Assembly (NCBI GenBank): GCA_041659405.1 | Contig: JBAZYK010000001.1 | Span: forward strand, 180,001 to 212,000 | From: Candidatus Altimarinota bacterium | GTDB taxonomy: Bacteria > Patescibacteriota > Gracilibacteria > UBA1369 | Length of the DNA: 32,000 nt | Direction of reading: 5' to 3' | In this document: positions 1 through 8,165 of the stretch, in pieces | Numbering within the stretch: the first letter of the stretch is position 1 | How the letters are laid out: each line of letters begins with the position of its first letter | Made by a program: the position numbers and the translations under genes | The notes under the pieces: generated by a model | Databases searched by the model: none | What the model was told of the DNA's origin: nothing | The model's input: the letters and a program-made list of their open reading frames with translations, nothing else

Positions 1-1449
1 CCGATTGAGGATAAGAATTTCTTGAAGTTTTTGGGAAAGCCCTTGTTGCTTCATCAGTTAGAGCAGCTTTCAGTTTTTTTTGATGATTTTATTGTCATTG
101 GTGGAGCACATAATCTGGAAAAAATTCGGGAGCTTTTGAATGGCTGGAAGGCGAATAAAACTGGAGGGAAGGCAAAATCCGGCAAATCTAAATTAAAATC
201 CACAGGTCCAAAATTCCAATTTGTTGAACAAAAAAATCTGGATGAGGGCATGGCCGGGGCTTTATTAAGCGCTGAAAGCTTAATCGGGAAAGAGCCGATT
301 TTGGTTGTGAGTGCGAACGATGTCGTTGAAAGTCAGGCTTATAAACTTATGCTGGAAGCGATTAAGTCTGTTGATGGCGCAAACGGCCAGGCCAAGAGTG
401 CCGCTAAAAAAAGCCAAAAAAAGCTCGTTCTGCTCGCGAAAGGAGTAGGCACTTCGGGCCAACTTGAGAGCTTTCTCATCGGCAAAAAAGTTGAAAGTTA
501 TTTCCCTGGTGGATATTTAAAAACGGCAAAAGATGGCTCCATTCAGGGCATTGTAGAAAAACCGGGCGCGGGGAATGAACCAAGTGACATGATCAATCTG
601 GTTATCCATTATCATAAAAACAGTGAAGCGTTATTAAAGGCTTTGCATAGCGTTAATTCGACTAAAGATGATAGATATGAAGTTGCGATGGACCACCTGA
701 TTAAAGCAGGTCACAAGATGAAGTCAGTGCCATATAATGGCTTCTGGCAAAGCATTAAATACCCATGGCACGTTTTAAGTTTGATGGAATATTTTTTGAG
801 AACGATTGAAGGAAACGGAGAGCGCAAGGCTCGTGGTAAAAATAAGCCCTTCATACTTGAAGGCAAAAACGTTGAAATTGCAAAAACAGCAATCATTAAA
901 GGCCCGGTTTTTCTGGATGATGGTGTAAAAGTTTTTGAAAATGCGGTGATTTCAGGTCCGGCCTATATCGGTAAAAATAGTATTGTGGCCACAAATGCTT
1001 TGGTTCGCGGATCAATGACCGGCGAAAATTGTATTATTGGGTTTAGTACAGAAGTTGCCCGCAGCTATCTTGGTGACATGGTTTGGACTCACAGTAATTA
1101 TATTGGTGATAGTGTAATTGGTAATAATGTTTCTTTTGGAGCCGGCACGGTAACTGGCAATTTACGGCTTGATGAAGGCAATATCAAGGTTAATATTACA
1201 GATGTAAGAATCGATAGTGGCCGTAATAAATTCGGTTTAATTACAGGTAATAATGTTCGCTGTGGAATCAATACAAGCTTTATGCCAGGCGTAAAAATCG
1301 GTAATAATTCCATGATTGGTGCGGGAATAATTGTGGCGGAGGATATTCCGGACAATAAATTGGTTTATGGAAAAACTGAACTTGTAATTAAAAATTATAC
1401 AGCAAAAATCGACGAAAAAAAGCGGGCAGAGATGAAGGGGAAGTTATAA
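1..1449 (+). CDS. Sugar-phosphate nucleotidyltransferase fused to a left-handed beta-helix (hexapeptide repeat) domain, GlmU-like architecture; 5' partial
   Basis: The frame is open from base 1 (PIEDKNFLKFLGKPLL...), so the listed TTG at 22 is probably internal. The N-terminal half has nucleotidyltransferase-like blocks (GKPLL.HQLE, DEGMAGALL, ILVVSANDVV, IVEKPG). The C-terminal half is rich in hexapeptide repeats (IGKNSIV, IGFSTEV, IGDSVIGNNVSFGAGT, IGNNSMIGAG). Two Lys-rich low-complexity inserts are present. Confidence 0.75.
   Translation, partial: PIEDKNFLKFLGKPLLLHQLEQLSVFFDDFIVIGGAHNLEKIRELLNGWKANKTGGKAKSGKSKLKSTGPKFQFVEQKNLDEGMAGALLSAESLIGKEPILVVSANDVVESQAYKLMLEAIKSVDGANGQAKSAAKKSQKKLVLLAKGVGTSGQLESFLIGKKVESYFPGGYLKTAKDGSIQGIVEKPGAGNEPSDMINLVIHYHKNSEALLKALHSVNSTKDDRYEVAMDHLIKAGHKMKSVPYNGFWQSIKYPWHVLSLMEYFLRTIEGNGERKARGKNKPFILEGKNVEIAKTAIIKGPVFLDDGVKVFENAVISGPAYIGKNSIVATNALVRGSMTGENCIIGFSTEVARSYLGDMVWTHSNYIGDSVIGNNVSFGAGTVTGNLRLDEGNIKVNITDVRIDSGRNKFGLITGNNVRCGINTSFMPGVKIGNNSMIGAGIIVAEDIPDNKLVYGKTELVIKNYTAKIDEKKRAEMKGKL
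420..463 (+). repeat. 44-nt GC-rich interspersed repeat, copy A (inside the nucleotidyltransferase CDS)
   Basis: AAAGCTCGTTCTGCTCGCGAAAGGAGTAGGCACTTCGGGCCAAC matches copy B at 30 of 44 positions without gaps (hand count). The invariant blocks AGCTCG, GCT and ACTTCG are retained. Confidence 0.6.
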
Positions 1450-1459
1450 ATGTGGTCGT

Positions 1460-1506
1460 TTTATCGCTCATGATGAGCTATAAAACTGGGGGTTTTGAGC
1501 GATAAA
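1460..1506. terminator. Inverted repeat between convergent genes, possible bidirectional terminator
   Basis: TTTATCGCTCA (1460-1470) is perfectly complementary to TGAGCGATAAA (1496-1506). A nested alternative hairpin is GCTCA-TGA-TGAGC. It lies between the stop at 1449 (+) and the stop at 1531 (-). Confidence 0.4.
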
Positions 1507-1530
1507 TTCAAAGAGCCTTAATCGTGGCTT

Positions 1531-2724
1531 CTACGTATATTTCCAAAAATTCTCTTTATTGACGGAGTGCTGCGATTCAATTTTATCTTCATAAAGCTTT
1601 ATAAAAGCGATTGATGGTTTTTCAGCATGGCCATATTTAATTTCCATTGGAACCAGTTTTCCAGTCAGGTTGTTTAATAAAACAAGATCCACTTCGGCCA
1701 TATTTTTTGATCTCCAGAAAAATAGCTTGTATGGATTGCCGAAATATTGCATGTCCCAACTTAAAGTATTTACTACTAAATTTTCAAACATTGCGCCGAT
1801 ATCCGTGCGGTTTTCAGGCAGCACAAAATTGTCGATAAGTGCGTTTCTAATGCCAAGATCAGTAAAGTATATTTTAAAATTTCTGGTTACTTCTTTCCGT
1901 GGATTGCCTGAAAAAGCTTTTAAAATATGGATAATTTTAAATTTTTCACAAAGGCCCAAATATTCAACTACTGTTTTCCTGTTGATCTCCAGTTTAAGCG
2001 CAAGTTCATTTGGATTCACTTCCGATCCAATCTGCAAAGCAATCATATGCAAAAGTCGCTTGAAGACTTCAGGCATTCGTATGCCTTCCAATTCAAAAAT
2101 GTCTTTGTAAAGAAAACTGTTTATATAGTTTTTTAAAAGCTCAATTTTGGCCTCTCTGCCTTCTGTTAAAAAAACTCCCGGCATACTCCCATAAAGTAAA
2201 AAATCGTTTATTGAAGCTTCAATTTTGCCTTTATTAACAAGTTTATTGTATTTTCCAAGATTGAAATCCGCATTTAAATCCTGATTGATTTCGCGAAAAG
2301 TCAGCGGGAACATGTCCAGTTGAATGTTTCTGCCGTACAAACTGTCTCCGATATTTTTTAGCATCAAAAATGAGGCTGATCCTGTGGCAATAACTTTTAT
2401 ATTTTGGAAGTGATCGTGAATTAATTTTAAAATAGATCCGGATTTTTGCAGATGTTGGATTTCATCCAAAAGAAGCAATTTTTGTTTATTGGCTGATTGT
2501 TTTTCAGGAGATCCTAAAATATTTTCTAAAGTCGCAAGATCGGGCTTGAAAATATTCCTTGCCCCAATTTCTTCAAAATCAAAATAGATTGAATTGAAAT
2601 TTGCGCCCTGTACTCTTTTAATCTCAAAAGTCTTTCCAACCTGCCTCTGCCCGACTAAAAGTATTACTTTATTGTCTTTGGAAGCCAATAAATCGTTGAT
2701 TCTTGCCGTGATATGTCTTTGCAT
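1531..2724 (-). CDS. AAA+ ATPase of the COG1373 / DUF4143-containing type
   Basis: Walker A-like GQRQVGKT and Walker B-like LLLLDEIQ. The length and C-terminal region (FFWRS....EVDLVL) are typical of the AAA_14 + DUF4143 architecture. Confidence 0.8.
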   Translation of the reverse strand: MQRHITARINDLLASKDNKVILLVGQRQVGKTFEIKRVQGANFNSIYFDFEEIGARNIFKPDLATLENILGSPEKQSANKQKLLLLDEIQHLQKSGSILKLIHDHFQNIKVIATGSASFLMLKNIGDSLYGRNIQLDMFPLTFREINQDLNADFNLGKYNKLVNKGKIEASINDFLLYGSMPGVFLTEGREAKIELLKNYINSFLYKDIFELEGIRMPEVFKRLLHMIALQIGSEVNPNELALKLEINRKTVVEYLGLCEKFKIIHILKAFSGNPRKEVTRNFKIYFTDLGIRNALIDNFVLPENRTDIGAMFENLVVNTLSWDMQYFGNPYKLFFWRSKNMAEVDLVLLNNLTGKLVPMEIKYGHAEKPSIAFIKLYEDKIESQHSVNKENFWKYT

Positions 2725-2774
2725 ATTGGTACTATAATACTAAATAAACCATCTATATTGGTATTATAATACCA
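2723..2774 (-). promoter_or_regulatory. Two 18-nt direct repeats with embedded -10-like hexamers and a perfect 16-bp palindrome, abutting the ATPase start codon
   Basis: ATATTGGTACTATAATAC (2723-2740) and ATATTGGTATTATAATAC (2755-2772) differ at one position and are 32 nt apart. TGGTATTATAATACCA (2759-2774) is a perfect palindrome. On the coding strand the proximal copy reads GTATTATAGTACCAAT directly followed by ATG, which suggests a leaderless or near-leaderless mRNA. Confidence 0.45.
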
Positions 2775-2811
2775 CTTTCAGGCTTTTTCAAGTGAAGAAA
2801 TTGCTGGCGAT

Positions 2812-2850
2812 AAAAAAATCCCACAATATAAATTCATCATGGGATTTTTA
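2812..2850 (-). terminator. Intrinsic terminator downstream of the 2866..3462 gene
   Basis: On the minus strand the stem is AAATCCCA ... TGGGATTT, followed by a U7 run (plus-strand A run 2812-2818). Confidence 0.6.
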
Positions 2851-2865
2851 ATTAACGGAAATTTG

Positions 2866-3462
2866 TTATTTTAAACCTTTATTGAAAACTGGTGATAATC
2901 TTGAATCCACGATTTTGAAATTTTTTCTTTGAGCTACTAAATAATTTGGTCCCCCGGTTTTTACGTGAACTTCAAAAGAGTAATCTCCAGGTTCAACAGA
3001 TTTCCCACTTCCATCTTTGCCTAACCAAGTGCATGTAACTCTCCCATTGGATCTTGTTAATTTTCCTTGTGGTTTAAAGTAACTATCATAAAAAGTTTCA
3101 CTATCTGCGCAGGCATAGGCTGTAACCTTATTCAGGTTGTAGTTGTAAACCAAAAAGACTACATTATTAGTATCATTTTTAACATTCGCACTGAACGTAA
3201 CACTGCCATTTTTTAAATCAAACGGGTCTTGACTTACGATCATGTTAGTAATTACAGGTGGCGTCACCTGTAAATTACCGGCAGGTGCAACTTGATTGCT
3301 GTCAGCAGGTGCTGGCGCAGGTATCTGCACTCTGTTACTGGCAGTAATTCCGCCCAAATTACCCGTTAAATTGGAACCTTTTCCGGAAAGCATGGCTACC
3401 GCCACTAATCCCACAACAGCGATTCCGGCAACCGCAGCAAGGATAATTTTTTTGTTTTGCAT
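2866..3462 (-). CDS. N-terminally anchored or secreted protein with a C-terminal Ig-like (FlgD-Ig-like) beta-sandwich region; function unknown
   Basis: N-terminal hydrophobic helix (IILAAVAGIAVVGLVAVAML), a Pro/Ala-rich linker, and a C-terminal GDYSFEVHV-type motif reminiscent of FlgD-Ig-like domains. Confidence 0.55.
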   Translation of the reverse strand: MQNKKIILAAVAGIAVVGLVAVAMLSGKGSNLTGNLGGITASNRVQIPAPAPADSNQVAPAGNLQVTPPVITNMIVSQDPFDLKNGSVTFSANVKNDTNNVVFLVYNYNLNKVTAYACADSETFYDSYFKPQGKLTRSNGRVTCTWLGKDGSGKSVEPGDYSFEVHVKTGGPNYLVAQRKNFKIVDSRLSPVFNKGLK

Positions 3463-3605
3463 TTTTGTATTGGGTTTAAAGAATAAAAAATGCTATCTTT
3501 TAATTCTACATCAAAAAAAAAAAATGTCAAGTCAAGCGAGGTAATAAAAATTGCACAAGGCCGGAATTGTTCGTAGACTGAAAAAGGTTTTTTTATTCGT
3601 AGCTT

Positions 3606-4400
3606 ATGAAGCTTTCTGTAATCATCGTAAATTTTAATCATAAATACTTTCCAAAAATGGCGGTGGAGGCTTTGGAAAAGAGCAAAGTGAATTTTCCTTT
3701 TGAAATTATTGTGGTTGATAATCATTCCAATGATGATGAAAGTTTGATGTTTTTGGAAAAAGCGCATGCCGAAAAGCGCATTACTTTGATAAAATCCCCT
3801 GTTAATCTTGGTTTTGGGCGCGGCAATAATTTAGGGGCGGATTATGCCACGGGCAAATATGTTTTCTTCCATAATCCGGACGTAACTGTGAAGGAAGATA
3901 GTTTGCAGAAGATGATTGATTACATGGAAAGACATCCGGATATCGGCGTTCTGGGGCCAAAACTGGTCTATGCCAGCGGACGTATTCAGGCTTCCTGCAG
4001 ACGTTTGATGAGATTTTCCGATTTGGTTTTAAATCGTACTGTTTTGGGCAAATTGCCATTTTTTAAAGCCCGTGTAAAAAATTATTTGATGGAAGATTAT
4101 GATCATGGAAAAACCCAGGATGTGGATCTGGTAACCGGGGCCGCTATTGTTATGCCACGAACTTTATTTGATAAAATCGGTGGATTTGATAAGCGTTATT
4201 TTTTGTTCATGGAAGATTTTGATCTTTGCCGAATGGCTAAAAAGGCCGGCTTTCGTGTTGTTTATTATGCCGATGCCGAACTGCAACATTATCACAAACG
4301 TTTAAGTCAGGGGTCGATTTTCAAACTCATAACCAGAAAAGTTTTCTGGCTTCATGTGGCCAGCGCTATTAAATATTTCTGGAAGTGGAGAAAGGCTTAA
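3606..4400 (+). CDS. Family 2 glycosyltransferase
   Basis: LSVIIVNFN ... IIVVDNHSNDD ... GFGRGNN ... FHNPDV ... FFLFMEDFDLC are the classic GT2 (GT-A fold) blocks, including the DxD-like and ED motifs. Confidence 0.85.
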   Translation: MKLSVIIVNFNHKYFPKMAVEALEKSKVNFPFEIIVVDNHSNDDESLMFLEKAHAEKRITLIKSPVNLGFGRGNNLGADYATGKYVFFHNPDVTVKEDSLQKMIDYMERHPDIGVLGPKLVYASGRIQASCRRLMRFSDLVLNRTVLGKLPFFKARVKNYLMEDYDHGKTQDVDLVTGAAIVMPRTLFDKIGGFDKRYFLFMEDFDLCRMAKKAGFRVVYYADAELQHYHKRLSQGSIFKLITRKVFWLHVASAIKYFWKWRKA

Positions 4401-4460
4401 AGCAAAAAGCGCATGCGAAAGTACGGGTAAAAAATACGCGAGAAAAGCGTGACGCAGTTT

Positions 4461-5327
4461 TTACCTCTTTTCAGCCACGACAATATCCTGATAAGAAAGC
4501 CCATTTTTTGGATCTTTCCATTTTCCGGTGTGAATTTTTTGGATATGTAGTCCGTTTTGGGCGAAGAGATTTTTGACCCAACTTTCTTTGTAACCGGTCT
4601 CAGCCTCTACGCAGTCTTTATGTGAATAATAAGCCACATTTTCAAATAAATATTGGAAGTTTATGCAGTGAGTTTCGAAGCTGGATTTTTTAAAATTGGC
4701 TTCTTCGTAGGTGATTTCGCTGTCCGGTATCAGGAAGAAAGTAAAAAATACCTTTCCGCCTTTTTTTAAAACACGCGCACTTTCTTTTATGTATTGTTCG
4801 ATTTCCGCAGGAAGCATATGCGTAAAAACCGATGTCGCAAAAGCAAAGGTACATTGCTCGTTTTTGGCCGGGAATTCATATTTTTCGGAATGAATTATTC
4901 CCTTTGGATTATAAAATTGATTCTTGACGTTGGCATGCACAAAATTAAAATTGGGATGTTTTGGAGTGATATTTTCCCTGCACCAATCGATGCCTTTTTT
5001 AACAATATCGAAACCAAGATATGAACCGTTTTGGTTAATTACTTCCGTAAGAGGTAAGGCCATTCTTCCAACGCCACAGCCAATATCCAGCACATTATCA
5101 GTCGGTTTTAATCCGCCGGTTTTGACAAAAAGTTGCTTAAATTCCTGGCCAACATTTTCAAAATCCGCCGATCCTACAAAATTTAATTTTCGTGGAGGAA
5201 GACCTTTTTTCTTTTTGCCGGTGAGAGAATCGACAACATCAAGAACTGAATAATAAGCCGTTTTTAGGCTTTGCTTGAGTTTTGTTGGCAAAACATATTT
5301 TATAATTTTCTTGAAAAAGTTTTTCAT
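4461..5327 (-). CDS. Class I SAM-dependent methyltransferase
   Basis: Motif I VLDIGCGVGRMALPL, and post-I/II blocks (YLGFDI, FAFATSVFTHM, LKKGGKVFFTFF). Confidence 0.8.
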   Translation of the reverse strand: MKNFFKKIIKYVLPTKLKQSLKTAYYSVLDVVDSLTGKKKKGLPPRKLNFVGSADFENVGQEFKQLFVKTGGLKPTDNVLDIGCGVGRMALPLTEVINQNGSYLGFDIVKKGIDWCRENITPKHPNFNFVHANVKNQFYNPKGIIHSEKYEFPAKNEQCTFAFATSVFTHMLPAEIEQYIKESARVLKKGGKVFFTFFLIPDSEITYEEANFKKSSFETHCINFQYLFENVAYYSHKDCVEAETGYKESWVKNLFAQNGLHIQKIHTGKWKDPKNGLSYQDIVVAEKR

Positions 5328-5408
5328 TTGAAATTAGTTTGAGACTAAAAACCAAGATGGTACTGAACGGCAACTGCCTGATTATGGTTATTGTGAAGCG
5401 CTTTGCAT

Positions 5409-6023
5409 CTATTTTATTTTTCCGGCGGCAAACCAACGGATGACTTCCGGATACCATAATTTTTCCAGGAATTGGACTTTTTCTTTGAGCTTTTCGGCAG
5501 TGTCACTTGGATCAATGGCAATTTTTTTCTGAACGATGATTTCGCCTGTATCTACGCCTTCATCTACAAAATGAATAGTGCAGCCCGTTTCTTTTTCGCC
5601 GGCCTTTAAGACTTCTTCATGGACATTAGCCCCAAAATGCCCGGGCCCGGAAAACTTTGGCATAAGAGCAGGGTGAACATTTATAATGCGGCGCGGGAAT
5701 TGACGCACAAAAGCAGGCGTTAGAATGCGCATGTAGCCGACCAAAACCACTAAATCAACTTCATGCTCTTTTAAAATGCGGGCAAGTTCTTCATCGTATT
5801 CTTCACGTGTTTTTAAAGCCCCATCAGACTTTTTGGGATCAATAAAAAGCGTTTTAAATCCCTGCGCCTGTGCACGTTCAAGTGCGTAAGCATTTTTTTT
5901 ATTACTAACAACAATCGTCAATTCAATGCCGGGCATTTTTCCATTTTTAATCTGCTCGATAATGGCTTGCAGATCTGTCCCTTTGGTTGAGGCTAAAACG
6001 CCGATTTTAAAATTTTTCATCAT
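5409..6023 (-). CDS. purN: Phosphoribosylglycinamide formyltransferase (PurN-type formyltransferase)
   Basis: IGVLASTKGTDLQAII, DLVVLVGYMRIL, INVHPALMPKFSG and GCTIHFVDEGVDTGEII are the PurN catalytic N/H/D blocks. The length of about 200 aa fits. Confidence 0.8.
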   Translation of the reverse strand: MMKNFKIGVLASTKGTDLQAIIEQIKNGKMPGIELTIVVSNKKNAYALERAQAQGFKTLFIDPKKSDGALKTREEYDEELARILKEHEVDLVVLVGYMRILTPAFVRQFPRRIINVHPALMPKFSGPGHFGANVHEEVLKAGEKETGCTIHFVDEGVDTGEIIVQKKIAIDPSDTAEKLKEKVQFLEKLWYPEVIRWFAAGKIK

Positions 6024-6066
6024 GAATCGATATTACGCTTTTCTATTTGAAAGTTCTATTTCTTCT

Positions 6067-6972
6067 TTAATCGATCTCATTTTTCTTCAATGGTGGTAAA
6101 CCCAATTTTTTGCGAATGGTTAAGCCTGTTGGCGTAACTGCAAGTCCACCAAGTGCGGTTTCACGCAATTTTGGTGACATAATTTTGGCAATGTTATTCA
6201 TGGCCATAATAACATCATCCAAGGGAATGAAACTTTCTATTCCGGCAATGGAAGCATCGGATGCAGCGCAAGCCGCAGATGCGCCAAGCATGTTTCGCTT
6301 AATGCAAGGCACTGCCACCAAACCACCGAGTGGGTCGCAAACCAGTGCCAAATAGCTTTTTAAGGCCATTGCTGCTGCATTACAAGCCTGCTGCGGTGTT
6401 CCTCCACGTAATTCGGTTAAAGCGGCCGTGGCCATTGTAACAGCGGCTCCAACCTCGGCCTGGCATCCTCCGGCCGCCGCAGAAAGTGTGGCATTTTCAG
6501 CAATCAAAATACCAATTGCCGATGCGGTAAAAAGGGCTTTAATTACTTTTTCTTCAGAGTATTTACATTCTTCTTCCGCCGCCAATAAAACTCCAGGAAC
6601 TACACCTGCGCCTCCGGCTGTTGGGAAAGCCACAATTCTACCCATGGCGGAATTGGTTTCGCCAGTGGCTGTGGCATAGGCCATCGCTTTAATTACAAGT
6701 GGCGGCATAATCAGCTTCTTTTTGTCTTTCAAAGCTTTCATAAGCTTTGCAGCGCTTCCACCAGCCATATTAAACGCAGACATTTCGGGCTTTTTGATGG
6801 CTTTGGAAACGGCATCCCACATCACAGTGTGTGTTTTTTTCATTTTGGCGATAACCTCTTCCCTCTTTTTTCCGGAAAAACTCATTTCATAATGAATTGC
6901 CACTTCACCAATGCTCATTTTGTGCTTTTTGCAGAGGTTTAATAGTTGTTTAGCCGTTTGGAATGAATACAT
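6067..6972 (-). CDS. sdaAA: L-serine ammonia-lyase (iron-sulfur dependent), alpha subunit
   Basis: Gly/Ala-rich core (FPTAGGAGVVPG, AAGGCQAEVG, CDPLGGLV.VPCI.RN) typical of SdaAA. It lies directly downstream of the beta subunit. Confidence 0.9.
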   Translation of the reverse strand: MYSFQTAKQLLNLCKKHKMSIGEVAIHYEMSFSGKKREEVIAKMKKTHTVMWDAVSKAIKKPEMSAFNMAGGSAAKLMKALKDKKKLIMPPLVIKAMAYATATGETNSAMGRIVAFPTAGGAGVVPGVLLAAEEECKYSEEKVIKALFTASAIGILIAENATLSAAAGGCQAEVGAAVTMATAALTELRGGTPQQACNAAAMALKSYLALVCDPLGGLVAVPCIKRNMLGASAACAASDASIAGIESFIPLDDVIMAMNNIAKIMSPKLRETALGGLAVTPTGLTIRKKLGLPPLKKNEID

Positions 6973-7009
6973 TTTTTTAAATTAATGATTAGTAATGAGT
7001 AATTTGAGA

Positions 7010-7720
7010 TTATTTCTCCGGGCTGGTTAATGACCTTACATCAGCGATTCCTGGCAAATCTTCCAATTTAAAAATTTCGGTTAATTTTAAATCACGACCT
7101 TCCATGTTAATGATCGACAAAGCGTGATGATCAACGGTGGCAGTTTGAATATCGTGAATGCGGAATCCATATTTCTTGATTGCGGCACAAAGATTATCAA
7201 GATCTTTCTGGGCGTTTTTATGCCAAACAACCAGAGTTTTAAATTGTCCGGCAACACCGTGAAGATTCACTTTAAACTGGTCAATTTTTACAACCTTGAT
7301 CATTCCTCCACCTAATGAAGAACCAATTATCACCATTGGTTTGCGATCCCATTTTTCCAGAATAACTTTCACGGTATTTGGATGATACTCCGGCCCTAAA
7401 TCGGCAGTTTTAAATTCATATTCGATTCCGGCGTTTTTGGCCAAATCAAAAGAATTTTTAATGCGAGGATCGGATGTTTTGAATTTCATAATTCCCGCGA
7501 CCAAAGCCCGATCTGTGGCATGTCCCTTATAAACTGTGGCAAAAGATCCATGCAAAATAAAAGTAACTTTTTCGGGCGTGCCATGAAAAAGTGCACGGGA
7601 GATTTGGCCAATTTTGCAGGCACCGGCAGTATGTGAACTGGATGGACCGACCATAATCGGCCCGGCGATATCAAAAACGGAATAACGATGCGGAGCTGAT
7701 GAAGTCTTGATTTCGGACAC
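7010..7720 (-). CDS. sdaAB: L-serine ammonia-lyase, beta subunit (GTG start)
   Basis: SVFDIAGPIMVGPSSSHTAGA signature and a C-terminal ACT-like region. The beta-then-alpha order is the usual sdaAB-sdaAA arrangement. Confidence 0.9.
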   Translation of the reverse strand: MSEIKTSSAPHRYSVFDIAGPIMVGPSSSHTAGACKIGQISRALFHGTPEKVTFILHGSFATVYKGHATDRALVAGIMKFKTSDPRIKNSFDLAKNAGIEYEFKTADLGPEYHPNTVKVILEKWDRKPMVIIGSSLGGGMIKVVKIDQFKVNLHGVAGQFKTLVVWHKNAQKDLDNLCAAIKKYGFRIHDIQTATVDHHALSIINMEGRDLKLTEIFKLEDLPGIADVRSLTSPEK

Positions 7721-7857
7721 TTTTTAGTTGGTAATTAAAAAGTAGTAATTAGTAGGTTTGAAGAGCTTTGGCTTTTAGTTTACGAATAAACGGGCTATTG
7801 AGCAAGTAATTTTTCGTAAACCTGCCAATTAAATTGTTTTTATTTGCCTTTACCACC

Positions 7858-7891
7858 AAGTAATACTAAAATGTAGTTAAGTAATACTAAA
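7858..7891 (+). promoter_or_regulatory. Two identical 13-nt direct repeats, 21 bp apart, upstream of the antitoxin gene (candidate operator/promoter)
   Basis: AAGTAATACTAAA occurs at 7858-7870 and 7879-7891, with the ATG at 7902. Each copy contains a -10-like TAATAC. A third partial AAGTAAT is at 7804-7810. Confidence 0.5.
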
Positions 7892-7901
7892 TATATTAAA
7901 A

Positions 7902-8156
7902 ATGACTACTATTTCATTTAAAGCGGACGAAAAACTCAAAAATAAGCTGGAAACAGTTGCTAAAGACAAAGGGATCAATACCTCGGCTTATATTAAGCTG
8001 ATTCTTACCAAAGAAGTGAACAATGAACTTGCGACTTTAACTTCAAATGGGCTAACTGTTGCTGAAGAAATGGAAATCCTCAAGTCTGCCGAAAGTGATA
8101 AAAAATATGGACCTTTTGATAACGTTAAAGATTTGCTCAAAAGCTTAAAAAAATAA
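7902..8156 (+). CDS. Type II antitoxin, ribbon-helix-helix / RelB-DinJ-like
   Basis: It is small (84 aa). The N-terminus ISFKADEKLKNKLETVAKDKGINTSAYIKLIL fits a beta-strand plus two helices (RHH). It ends 9 nt before a RelE/ParE-type toxin gene. Confidence 0.65.
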   Translation: MTTISFKADEKLKNKLETVAKDKGINTSAYIKLILTKEVNNELATLTSNGLTVAEEMEILKSAESDKKYGPFDNVKDLLKSLKK

Positions 8157-8165
8157 GCTTCAAAA

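Noticed and set aside
1647-2136. Antisense or shadow ORFs inside confidently called genes, for example 1670..2110 (+), 3405..3767 (-), 4924..5253 (+), 6110..6679 (+), 16454..16822 (-), 18915..19235 (-) and 26085..26333 (-).
   Set aside because: Each lies wholly within a gene on the opposite strand that has strong family signatures. Their translations are low-complexity or Cys/Arg/Lys-rich, with no motifs.
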